IMG/VR virus record: IMGVR_UViG_3300020221_000020
Location: 1 to 57,368 of that record
Length of the DNA stretch: 57,368 nt
Direction: 5' to 3' (one strand)
DNA from: a virus
Lineage: Duplodnaviria > Caudoviricetes
How positions within the stretch are numbered: the stretch's first letter is position 1; the number at the start of each line of letters is the position of its first letter. A program made the translations under genes and the position numbers. The notes beneath the pieces are model-generated. The model searched no databases. It saw only the letters and a program-made list of their open reading frames with translations, and had not been told where the DNA came from. This document shows, in pieces, positions 1-8,478 of this stretch.

Positions 1-151
1 AATATTTATTGTGCTGGTAAGGAATGTCTAATGAGATCTGTGCAAGATCTGCTGAGTATTGTTTGTTTTTGAATTGGAAGTCAATCTTTGAATCTTCTTC
101 CCATTCTGATCTAACATGATTAAAGAGTGTTTTCAGGTCATCAAATTTCAT
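1..151 (-). CDS. uvsY: UvsY recombination mediator, 5' part (runs off the window)
   Basis: Not in the ORF track. Manual translation MKFDDLKTLFNHVRSEWEEDSKIDFQFKNKQYSADLAQISLDIPYQHNKY has the W-x-x-D-S-K-I-D...S-L-x-I-P-x-x-H-x-K-Y pattern of UvsY. ATGA overlap with the gp3 stop; gp3-uvsY order is typical of T4-like cyanophages. Confidence 0.8.
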   Translation of the reverse strand, partial: MKFDDLKTLFNHVRSEWEEDSKIDFQFKNKQYSADLAQISLDIPYQHNKY

Positions 152-663
152 AATTTTTTATTTTTCTTATCTCGTAATTCAAATTTTGTATATTTAAAAG
201 TTGCATCTGCTGTAAAATAATTTACTTCAGTATCTTCAACATCAAATCTTACTTCGGTTAGTGATATTGGAAAAAGATTTTCAAATGATACATATGCAGC
301 AATTTTATTATTACTATTTGTAATTTCTAATCTTCCATTAGAAGTTTGTAATTCTTTGTGTGCATGTTCTTCATACAATCCAAATTCTTTTATCCAATTT
401 TGAATAGACATATAATTTTTTAATTCTTCATCAATAATAAATGTGAGATTTAAATCTCCAGTCTGTATGCCACCAGCACCTGCTAATGGGATAGATCTAA
501 ATCTGGTTGGGACATCAATTGAAGGTAAATTGATATCGGGTATATTTGCACGTTGGCAAAAGAAATCTACTCCTGGAAATAAATCCAAGTCCATTTTAAA
601 TCCTGTAGGAGCAAGAAAATTTCTATTTTTTGGTTGCTCCGAATACCACTTAGACTGTGCCAT
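148..663 (-). CDS. gp3: Tail completion / tail-tube terminator protein (T4 gp3-like)
   Basis: NRNFLAPTGFK...VDFFCQRANIP...FIIDEELKNY...LFPISL...YFTADATFKY motifs; lies downstream of gp23. Confidence 0.9.
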   Translation of the reverse strand: MAQSKWYSEQPKNRNFLAPTGFKMDLDLFPGVDFFCQRANIPDINLPSIDVPTRFRSIPLAGAGGIQTGDLNLTFIIDEELKNYMSIQNWIKEFGLYEEHAHKELQTSNGRLEITNSNNKIAAYVSFENLFPISLTEVRFDVEDTEVNYFTADATFKYTKFELRDKKNKKL

Positions 664-676
664 AGTGTTTTATTTT

Positions 677-683
677 TATTTAG
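677..683 (-). promoter_or_regulatory. Late promoter (CTAAATA) for gp3
   Basis: CTAAATA 13 nt upstream of the gp3 ATG, just after the gp23 terminator. Confidence 0.6.
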
Positions 684-689
684 GTGCAT

Positions 690-716
690 AAAAAAAGACC
701 CCCTTTTGGGGGGTCT
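690..716 (-). terminator. Rho-independent terminator after gp23
   Basis: Minus strand AGACCCCC-CAAAA-GGGGGTCT followed by a T run. Confidence 0.9.
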
Positions 717-735
717 CCATAACTATCAAACTGAA

Positions 736-2127
736 TCAGTTGATGTTGGTGATTTGTACTCTTCTGTAGTACTGGTTGCTGTTAGCATTCATTGCCTCGC
801 CAGCAGGTGCTGAACCATAGTTACCATCAGTAGTAACGAATGGGTTGGCGACCATACCGTAGCGAGTCTTGAATCCAATCTTAGGCTGGAAGGTGTCTTG
901 ACCAATGCTACGAACCATTTGGAGAGGAACGTATGGGCAATAGAATAGACCAGCATCATAAGGTGAGGTGCCCTTATAACCCATTACATAGTAGTGCTTA
1001 GAAGCAGTGCTTTGGGTGTAGGAAGGACCACCGAATGGATCGATGTAAACCTTAACGCGACCGTTGAGGGTGCCAGCGAATACGTTACCAGTGTCATCAA
1101 CATTCATTGAAGTGCTGAGAGCAGGAGCGTAATCGAGAGCGCCAGTTAGGTTGAGAGCTGAAGCAACGTCTGCTGAGCAGATGATGAAGTTGCCCTTACC
1201 TCTACGGGTTTCCTGAGCGATAGCATTAGCGTCGCGGTCAATCTGGAATAGAAGACCCTTAAACTTCTCTGCCATCCAACGACCGTTGGAGTCAACATCG
1301 AGGTCGAATACGCCAGGAGTTGCAACATTGTGCTGAGCACCTTTCTTAGCAACGAAATAAACTGTGCGGATGATTTCACGGTTGATTTCAGCAAGAATCT
1401 CTGAAGAGAGAATGTTAGCAAGCTCTTGCTCAGCATCAAGACCGTGAATTGCCTTAAGGTCTTGTGCAAGCTCTAGAGTGTATTCAGCTTTGAGAGCGCG
1501 TGACTTGGCAGTAACCGAAGTCTTCTCGATGCTGAATGCCATCTCACGGAAGAGATAACCAGCTTCACCGAGTTGCTCTGACTCTGCACGAGTCATCTTT
1601 GATCCACGCTCATAGGTGCCAGGAGTGCTGTCATTAAGAACTGCAGGGTTGTTACCCTCCATATCTCCACCCGAACCTGCTTGGTTACGGACGTTGTAAT
1701 CGCCCTTAGCAGCATCGTAGCCACCAGAGAAACCTGCATCAGGCTCGTTGTATAGCGCCTCTTCGCCACCCTGATTCTCATACTTCGCTTTCATTGCGAA
1801 GATAAGACCAGTAGGACCGCTCATTGGTTGTACACCACAGATGTCGTAAGCAACGAGGTTAGGCATTGCACGACGAATTAGGCTGATGAGCACAGGATCG
1901 AAACCAGCGATAGCGCCAGTCGATGCAGCTGCACCAGTCATATTAGTTGCGCCAGCGAAGTTTACTGCAACTTCGTTAAGCACACCGCGCTCTTCGCGCA
2001 TAAATTTTTCTTGATTTTCTAACAGGACAGCGGTGACAGCCTTTCTGTGAGCATCAGAAATCTCGGTGACTCCTGAATGATTGAGAACGGGTGCCCACTT
2101 TTCCTGTAACATTTCTGCGTTAAACAT
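736..2127 (-). CDS. gp23: Major capsid protein
   Basis: LQEKWAPVL, FDPVLISLIRRAMPNL, GVQPMSGPTGLIFA, SRALKAEYTLELAQDLKAIHGLDAE, DAGLFYCPYVPL, FQPKIGFKTRYG. Confidence 0.99.
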   Translation of the reverse strand: MFNAEMLQEKWAPVLNHSGVTEISDAHRKAVTAVLLENQEKFMREERGVLNEVAVNFAGATNMTGAAASTGAIAGFDPVLISLIRRAMPNLVAYDICGVQPMSGPTGLIFAMKAKYENQGGEEALYNEPDAGFSGGYDAAKGDYNVRNQAGSGGDMEGNNPAVLNDSTPGTYERGSKMTRAESEQLGEAGYLFREMAFSIEKTSVTAKSRALKAEYTLELAQDLKAIHGLDAEQELANILSSEILAEINREIIRTVYFVAKKGAQHNVATPGVFDLDVDSNGRWMAEKFKGLLFQIDRDANAIAQETRRGKGNFIICSADVASALNLTGALDYAPALSTSMNVDDTGNVFAGTLNGRVKVYIDPFGGPSYTQSTASKHYYVMGYKGTSPYDAGLFYCPYVPLQMVRSIGQDTFQPKIGFKTRYGMVANPFVTTDGNYGSAPAGEAMNANSNQYYRRVQITNIN

Positions 2128-2166
2128 TTTTAACTCCGTTTGGATGTTTGGAAAAATTGGGTTTAT

Positions 2167-2174
2167 GATTTATA
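2167..2174 (-). promoter_or_regulatory. Late promoter (TATAAATC) for gp23
   Basis: 7/8 match to TATAAATA immediately after the gp22 stop; GGAG RBS downstream. Confidence 0.6.
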
Positions 2175-3305
2175 TCAAGTCCAGCGAGCGATTGCTGCCA
2201 TATAGGCTTGCATTTGAGGTGACACTTCCTGTCCCTCACCCGCTACTGGTGTTTCATCAACTACTTCTTTAGCTACAGATTTAGGGAAATATGATTCCTT
2301 AAGAGTGACAAGTTTCTCACGGAAGTTTTCTTCCGAAATAAACTCTACACCTTCTGCTAATGAAGCTAGTTTTTCTTTCTGAGTATCAGCGAGACCCTCA
2401 GAAATTTGATTTAGGATTACGGTCTTGTTGAAACCAGCAAGACGATTATTTAATTCAATGTTGCGCTCAATCTGTTCGTTTAGGCGCTGCTCCATTTCAC
2501 AAAGCTCGGTATTCATTCCTTCGACAAGATCAACTTTGTCGTCGGGAATATCGAGGTAATTTTCTTCAAAGACTGTTTTGAGACCCTTCATGAAATTCTC
2601 AGCAATTTCAAGCTTGAGACCTGTATCAATAGCAACTACGTTTTCTTCTAACCAATTTTGGATAGCGTAGTTAAGGGTTTCGTCTACCTTCTCAGCAAGT
2701 GAAGTTTTGATTGCTTCAACTTCTTCTGCTAGTTTAGTAGAATATTGTGCTTGAATGAAGGAAACTTGCTCATTGATTTTTGCCTTAACGGCAGCTTCAA
2801 AGATTGTTTTTGCTTTTTCTTTGAAAGTATCAGTGATTGTTTCTCCTTCTACAAGGGCTTCGATGTCATCATCAGATGAGTAATCGATTTCTTCCATACC
2901 AAACACCTTAGTGTTGTTAGGACCACCAGGAATTTGATAACCAGATGACTTAACTGATGGTGCTGGATCTTGATGATTGTCACGAACTACGTGACCATCA
3001 GCAACCTTCTTGTTATGTGATGCTGCTTTTGCACCAGGATTGTCTTCACCTTCTGGTTTTTCAAAAGTAGATCCGCCGTCATCTTCTGTTGACTGACCAG
3101 GGACAACCGAAGTTGGCACTGTTGGCATGGGATCTCTACCACCCGCTGCGTTTGCATTTACAGCTGTATTTGTTTGACCTGTTACTGGCTTCATATATCC
3201 ACTAGCAACTGGACTCCCAGGCACAACGGAGCTTCCGACCGATGGCATAGGATCACCATTTTCAGCAATAAATTCTTCAAACTTTTCGTTTAACATATCT
3301 GACAT
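2175..3305 (-). CDS. gp22: Prohead core scaffolding protein
   Basis: FKEKAKTIFEAAV, WLEENVVAI, GLADTQKEKLASLAEGVEF, KLVTLKESYF; sits between gp21 and gp23. Confidence 0.95.
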   Translation of the reverse strand: MSDMLNEKFEEFIAENGDPMPSVGSSVVPGSPVASGYMKPVTGQTNTAVNANAAGGRDPMPTVPTSVVPGQSTEDDGGSTFEKPEGEDNPGAKAASHNKKVADGHVVRDNHQDPAPSVKSSGYQIPGGPNNTKVFGMEEIDYSSDDDIEALVEGETITDTFKEKAKTIFEAAVKAKINEQVSFIQAQYSTKLAEEVEAIKTSLAEKVDETLNYAIQNWLEENVVAIDTGLKLEIAENFMKGLKTVFEENYLDIPDDKVDLVEGMNTELCEMEQRLNEQIERNIELNNRLAGFNKTVILNQISEGLADTQKEKLASLAEGVEFISEENFREKLVTLKESYFPKSVAKEVVDETPVAGEGQEVSPQMQAYMAAIARWT

Positions 3306-3330
3306 CTTTGGTTTCCCCTGTACAGTTATA

Positions 3331-3355
3331 CATTTATATTCTATGATTATTTATT
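3331..3355 (-). promoter_or_regulatory. Late promoter(s) for gp22
   Basis: AATAAATA at 3348-3355 and TATAAATG at 3331-3338 in the intergenic gap. Confidence 0.65.
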
Positions 3356-3359
3356 AATT

Positions 3360-4004
3360 TTATAAATTAAACATGAAGTCCTCAAAGACTTTGAGAGACT
3401 TCTCTTCAATATTTTTGCGAGTTGCCTCGGAAATATATCTTTGGTATTTAGCAACTTTTGATTCTTTTAAGATTCCATTATCCCACACCCACTCTTTTCC
3501 TTCCATAATTCCATTTACAAAAGCATCTGGTGCAGAAGGATCTGCTACGATATCAGCTGCTGTTGCAAGCATGAAATCATCGCGGACATAATTAGCACCG
3601 TTGCGCTCTTCAATAGAACCCATACCTCTTGAAGATACGCCAAGTTTTACTCCTGATTCTAGAAGTGACTTAGCGATGTTTCCCATAGGAGTGGAAAGAA
3701 TTTGTGCTTTGCCAATAAAGTTGCTTCCTTCTGCTTTGAGTGAAACAATCTTATGTGAAACTCTATCTAGATTTACAGTAGGTCCATCGGGGTGTCCTAA
3801 CTCACCAAGAGCACGTCCAGCGGCAACATAACTTTCGTTGTATCTCGCTACTTCACGCTCTAAAACGTTAAATGGATATACACGTCCGTTACGATTTTTA
3901 ATATCCCCTTGAAGGAATACACCTTCAATGTGTAGAATTTTTTTACCGTTTGATTCTTCAATAAGAACTTGTACGTCCTCAATACTCTCGGTAATTAGTT
4001 TCAT
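3360..4004 (-). CDS. gp21: Prohead protease
   Basis: MKLITE, IEGVFLQ..KNRNGRVYP, ALGELGHP, LGVSSRGMGS, DIVADPSAPDAFV. Confidence 0.98.
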   Translation of the reverse strand: MKLITESIEDVQVLIEESNGKKILHIEGVFLQGDIKNRNGRVYPFNVLEREVARYNESYVAAGRALGELGHPDGPTVNLDRVSHKIVSLKAEGSNFIGKAQILSTPMGNIAKSLLESGVKLGVSSRGMGSIEERNGANYVRDDFMLATAADIVADPSAPDAFVNGIMEGKEWVWDNGILKESKVAKYQRYISEATRKNIEEKSLKVFEDFMFNL

Positions 4005-4180
4005 TCTTCTGTACCTTCTTCTGGAGTTTCTTCTTGTGAAACAAAGAAAGACTGTGCTAGAATTTCTTTATATGACTTCATGTTTTCTGCTGCTTTAGCA
4101 TAAAGATGGTCATTAATTTTATCCATAGCGTCAATCTTATTACCATCTGCGATGGCATTGATGATATCAATAGTGTCCAT
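4001..4180 (-). CDS. Small acidic prohead-core-like protein (59 aa; at the gp67/gp68 position)
   Basis: Not in the ORF track. MDTIDIINAIADGNKIDAMDKINDHLYAKAAENMKSYKEILAQSFFVSQEETPEEGTEE; ATGA overlap with gp21; own late promoter. Confidence 0.75.
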   Translation of the reverse strand: MDTIDIINAIADGNKIDAMDKINDHLYAKAAENMKSYKEILAQSFFVSQEETPEEGTEE

Positions 4181-4201
4181 ATAATTTAACTGTTTAATAA
4201 T

Positions 4202-4209
4202 TATTTATC
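4202..4209 (-). promoter_or_regulatory. Late promoter (GATAAATA) overlapping the gp20 stop
   Basis: TGATAAATA at the end of gp20. Confidence 0.7.
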
Positions 4210-5845
4210 AAGAATCACTGCTTGACGATGATGCTTTAGAAGCAGCAGGTGCAGGAGCAGGTGGCGGCATTGCAGATAATTCCAATGCTTTAGCATTCAT
4301 TTTGTTAGTATGCACTGGGTCGGGTGTAATACCAGCACCAATATCATTCTTCATTTGCTTATTAATTTCTTCATACTGTATGTCTGTCTGCATAAGAATT
4401 TGTTTTCTTACATATTCAATTGAATAGTATTTGCCCACAAAAGGATCAATTTTCATTAGAATATCTAAGCGAGTATTCGTTAACTCCGCATCTCTTAACT
4501 CGGAGAAATGATTATCGAAGATGAAATCATACTGAATATTTTCTTCCATATCCTCCCAGTCTTCTGGAGTGATAATACCCTTTAAGACTAGTTGAGTCTT
4601 AAGCATGTCATGAAATACGCAAGAAAATTTCTTGCGAAGTCTTCCTACAAATTTGTTAAATTTTAATTCATCTCTTAATACTTCTGTAGTCTTACCAAGA
4701 TTAAAACCTTTGTTGTCATCTGTAAGACGTGAAGGTGGAAGGTTAAGTGAATTGTAAAGTTTCTTACGGAAATACTCTACGTCCTTCAACTCACCTAGAT
4801 TCTGCCCACCAGGAAGTGTGGTGATTTCTGTGCCTCTGCCGCCTTCACGACGAGGTAACCAAAAATCTTCAAGCATACTCATATGCTTTTTGTCATCACG
4901 AATTTCTCCAGTGCTTGCATCATACACAAGTTTATTGCGATAGCGATTCATCACTTCGCGGAGATACTGCTCTGCTTTTACTTTAGGAAGATTACCTACA
5001 TCAATATAAAAAATTCTTCTTTCTGGTGCGCGTGATAGTCTATAGATAACAAGACTATCTTCAATCATGCGAAGTTGATTGAGTGCTTTGATAGACTTAT
5101 GAAGATAACTTAAATTCATCTTCTTGTTTAAATCCATCAATCCACAAGGTGCAAATGTAATAGAATCTGCAGCAAATCTTATGCCGCCTTGCATTGGGTC
5201 TGGACCACCTGCAAATGAAATGAAACCTTTTGGATTGTAAAGGTAGTATTCTAAATACTCCCCAAAATCATAAGCATCAGCAGTAAGAGAAGATCCATCA
5301 CCTTTACTCATCATCTGTTGTGATGATTTTTCTCTATCTTGTATTCTCTGCTTTACTTTTTTAATTTTGAGAGGATCGATATATCTTAACTCAGTAATTC
5401 CAGCTTTAGGATTTGCATGATCAATTACTTTATGATAGTATGTTCTGCCATCAATATACCAGTTGCGAAATATCTCGTGTGCTTTCTTATCAAAATTTAA
5501 AAGTTTTTTAATATATTCAAATTCTTTACGAATTTTATTTTTAATTCCTTCACCAACTTCTAAGTTGGATAACTCGATAGAAACTGCTGATTGATCTTCA
5601 TTGCTTACGATTGCTTCATTAACAATTTCATCAACAGCACTATCGACTTCTGGATGTAGCGCCATATCACGATAGCGCCTAATGAGATCAAACTCATTAC
5701 GCGCTACGCCTTCTATATCTACATAATGACCGAAGTAACCACCAGCAACGGTAGCTACTCCATCATCTTGACTAGGTGGTATAGGGGACTGTCCTTTTGG
5801 TTTAGAAACAGCCCCATTTATTGAGAAACCAAATAGTTGACTCAT
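4208..5845 (-). CDS. gp20: Portal protein
   Basis: MSQLFGFSI, YRDMALHPEVDSAVDEIVNEAI, LRMIEDSLVIYRLSRAPERRIFYIDVGNLPK, EDFWLPRREGGRGTEITTLPGG. Confidence 0.99.
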   Translation of the reverse strand: MSQLFGFSINGAVSKPKGQSPIPPSQDDGVATVAGGYFGHYVDIEGVARNEFDLIRRYRDMALHPEVDSAVDEIVNEAIVSNEDQSAVSIELSNLEVGEGIKNKIRKEFEYIKKLLNFDKKAHEIFRNWYIDGRTYYHKVIDHANPKAGITELRYIDPLKIKKVKQRIQDREKSSQQMMSKGDGSSLTADAYDFGEYLEYYLYNPKGFISFAGGPDPMQGGIRFAADSITFAPCGLMDLNKKMNLSYLHKSIKALNQLRMIEDSLVIYRLSRAPERRIFYIDVGNLPKVKAEQYLREVMNRYRNKLVYDASTGEIRDDKKHMSMLEDFWLPRREGGRGTEITTLPGGQNLGELKDVEYFRKKLYNSLNLPPSRLTDDNKGFNLGKTTEVLRDELKFNKFVGRLRKKFSCVFHDMLKTQLVLKGIITPEDWEDMEENIQYDFIFDNHFSELRDAELTNTRLDILMKIDPFVGKYYSIEYVRKQILMQTDIQYEEINKQMKNDIGAGITPDPVHTNKMNAKALELSAMPPPAPAPAASKASSSSSDS

Positions 5846-5869
5846 GTTTAAATTATTTCACTGATACAC

Positions 5870-5877
5870 TATTTATC
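5870..5877 (-). promoter_or_regulatory. Late promoter (GATAAATA) for gp20
   Basis: Overlaps the gp19 stop (TGATAAATA). Confidence 0.7.
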
Positions 5878-6475
5878 ACTCAATTTTACCGCCCAATACA
5901 CCAGCTGCAGTTCCTTTTTCTGCAGTCCAATATTGAATTTGGAATTCAACCGTAAAGTCTTCAATCTGGTCATTGCTATCATAAGCAAGATCAATTTGAG
6001 AAATGTTAGTTGGGAAACAACCTTTGAAGAAATATTTTCTTAAGTTGGATCCAGTTGGCGTTTCATCTCTTTCCAACTGAGTTACGGTTAAATCTGCCAA
6101 ATATCCATTTGCGGCACCGCCAGCAACTGGTTTGTAACCAATAGCAGTATTTGCTTCATGCTTATTTATTCCTTCCATCCATTTTTCCATTCCATGACGG
6201 ATTTCAAAATTTCTATCATTAATAAATGTGGCGGTCCAAGTATCGAATGTTCTATCTCCAGCAATTTTAACTGTCCTCCCTCTAAAAGGAACTTCAATAA
6301 CGCCTAGATTAGAAGCAGGAAGTGCTGCTGATTTGCAGAGCATGTTAGTCACAGTATTAGTAGGAATTTCAGATCCAAGGATTGTTGGAAAGCTAAATTC
6401 TACTAAAAATAAATTATTTCTTACACCTTGTTTTACGGTGCTTAAAAATTGACTTACGCTACTGTTAATAGTCAT
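5876..6475 (-). CDS. gp19: Tail tube protein
   Basis: R.NLF.V, LCKSAALPAS, IEVPFRGRTVKIAGDRTFDTW, FPTNISQIDLAYD, IEDFTVEF. Confidence 0.97.
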   Translation of the reverse strand: MTINSSVSQFLSTVKQGVRNNLFLVEFSFPTILGSEIPTNTVTNMLCKSAALPASNLGVIEVPFRGRTVKIAGDRTFDTWTATFINDRNFEIRHGMEKWMEGINKHEANTAIGYKPVAGGAANGYLADLTVTQLERDETPTGSNLRKYFFKGCFPTNISQIDLAYDSNDQIEDFTVEFQIQYWTAEKGTAAGVLGGKIE

Positions 6476-6507
6476 TGTTTTTTACCTCTTTGTTAAATTT
6501 TATAAAA

Positions 6508-8166
6508 TCAAACTTGACCAGTTACTTCAGCGAATGAAACACCCGTCTTAGTAGCAACAAAAGTGATGGTAATATAATTAATCGACCTTGATGGTTTTAC
6601 ATATATTTCAGCCACAAACTCATTTCTGTCAATAACATCTGGTGTGTTATTGGTTTCGTCACAAACAACTAAGAAGTCAGTAACTCCTCTCTTTGCTTTA
6701 ACTTCTTCCATGTAAGCATTAACTGTAGTGAAGAAAGCGTTTCTAGTTGTTTCGTCATTCAATTCAAATAATACTGTTTTAGCAACAGATCCGACTCTTC
6801 TTTCTAGTGCAAGGAATAAACGACGGACGTTGATTCTATCGAAAGCACTTGGAGTTGATAGAGCAGTCTTATCACCAAATAATACAATTCCTTGACCAGG
6901 GAATGATGTAATAGGATTAATTCTGTTTTGATATAATTCGTCTCTGTGGGATTTAGATGGTGTATAGGCAAGTTTAATAGCGTTTCTTAAGTTACCTCTT
7001 TGTAAACCTGCTGGCGAGAACCAATCTTCTAAAGTTATCGAAGTTTGTACACAAAGACCAGCAACGTCTCCACAGCAAGGAATGTAACGATATACATCGT
7101 TATAGCGGTCGTAAATATATTTGTATCCACTATCAAAAACAGCGTATGAAGTACTCGTTAAACTACTAAAATAAGTAATAATTGCATCTTTCTGTGCAGC
7201 TGCATCGGAGAGAGCAACAAAATCTCTATATGGAGAAACAAAAGCAACACAATCTTTTCTATTTGCAGCAATAGAAATTGCTTTTAAAGCTTTAGTTTTA
7301 GTAGCATTACCAGGAGTAGCACCATAACTAACACTACCACCAGCAAGGATAAAATCAATAGTGATATTTTCAATATCATCAAATTTGCCAAGTGCTGTTT
7401 CTAATGCAGCTGTTGACGCTTGATAACCATCTGCACCGCCATCAAGTGATAAATCTACACTACCAGCAGCAACTAATTCATCTGCAAATACATATTTTGA
7501 TTTTTTGTTAACAACAGTTGGGTAGAAATTTGACTCTCCTTCGCTATTAACTGATGTTGCTACTCTTGAAACAAATAAGAAAGTTTCTAGAAGTGTCCCA
7601 GGTATGCCAGTAATCGCACCAGATTCATCAATAACTGCTACGTGGCAAGTATCGGCATTTGCTGGTTTTAATGCGAGCGATGACCATTTTGCTGTGCCGT
7701 GATAAGTATCAGAGGCATAAGCAGTAGCAGTTACGCTCCCGTCTACCACCGAAACCTTCAATGAGCTACCCCAGGTACCAGGAGTACGAGCAGCAAATGC
7801 AAAAGTTGTAGTTCCTTTTTGTGCTTCAAAATCATCAACTGAAGTAATTAAAGGTGCATTGGGAGTAGTTGTATTATAGTCTGTAACAGCATTCTTGAGA
7901 TTGGCGTCGGCAACTCTTACTACTTCAAGTTGCCCTCCATATGATAGGAATGTTGCAGCAACATACCAATCTTCAAAGTTGTTATTATTTGGTCTGCCGA
8001 ACGTGTCAACAAGTTGTTGCTCGCTAGTAATTTTTGTAATTACTCCAACTGGTCCTTTTTCAAAGGCACCAACTATTGCAGCTGTATTTGCTTCGGTAGC
8101 TACGGCAACGGAATTGGTTAAATCACGCTCTCTTAATACAATTCCAGGTGATACTTGACCTGCCAT
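6508..8166 (-). CDS. gp18: Tail sheath protein
   Basis: SPGIVLRERDLT, WFSPAG, RDELYQNRINPI, LFGDKT, SAFDRINVRRLF, YVKPSRSINYI. Confidence 0.98.
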   Translation of the reverse strand: MAGQVSPGIVLRERDLTNSVAVATEANTAAIVGAFEKGPVGVITKITSEQQLVDTFGRPNNNNFEDWYVAATFLSYGGQLEVVRVADANLKNAVTDYNTTTPNAPLITSVDDFEAQKGTTTFAFAARTPGTWGSSLKVSVVDGSVTATAYASDTYHGTAKWSSLALKPANADTCHVAVIDESGAITGIPGTLLETFLFVSRVATSVNSEGESNFYPTVVNKKSKYVFADELVAAGSVDLSLDGGADGYQASTAALETALGKFDDIENITIDFILAGGSVSYGATPGNATKTKALKAISIAANRKDCVAFVSPYRDFVALSDAAAQKDAIITYFSSLTSTSYAVFDSGYKYIYDRYNDVYRYIPCCGDVAGLCVQTSITLEDWFSPAGLQRGNLRNAIKLAYTPSKSHRDELYQNRINPITSFPGQGIVLFGDKTALSTPSAFDRINVRRLFLALERRVGSVAKTVLFELNDETTRNAFFTTVNAYMEEVKAKRGVTDFLVVCDETNNTPDVIDRNEFVAEIYVKPSRSINYITITFVATKTGVSFAEVTGQV

Positions 8167-8202
8167 GTTTGTCTCCTCGTAGAAGTCATTTTAATCTACA
8201 AA

Positions 8203-8209
8203 TATTTAG
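8203..8209 (-). promoter_or_regulatory. Late promoter (CTAAATA) for gp18
   Basis: Intergenic, upstream of a GAGGAG RBS. Confidence 0.65.
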
Positions 8210-8250
8210 GAAAATGCTTTTTTCAAACGGGGAAACAATGCATGAGCATT

Positions 8251-8478
8251 CTACCAATCAGGATACTCTGATAGTTGTGGGTGTTTTCTTTGTCTTCTAT
8301 TAGTAATTCTTTTGATTGTGCAATCTTTACACTCGTAAGAATATGAAGACGGAAGATATTTCTTGCCCTTACGAATATTATAAAAATCTGTCAACAAATC
8401 TTTTGTCTCTCCACATACTCTACATGTTCTTTCTCGAAAAAGTAAATGCTCTAATGAAAATTGATCTTCTATATCCAT
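8251..8478 (-). CDS. Small Cys4 zinc-finger-like protein
   Basis: RTCRVCG...YECKDC; start overlaps the gp17 stop. Confidence 0.75.
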   Translation of the reverse strand: MDIEDQFSLEHLLFRERTCRVCGETKDLLTDFYNIRKGKKYLPSSYSYECKDCTIKRITNRRQRKHPQLSEYPDW

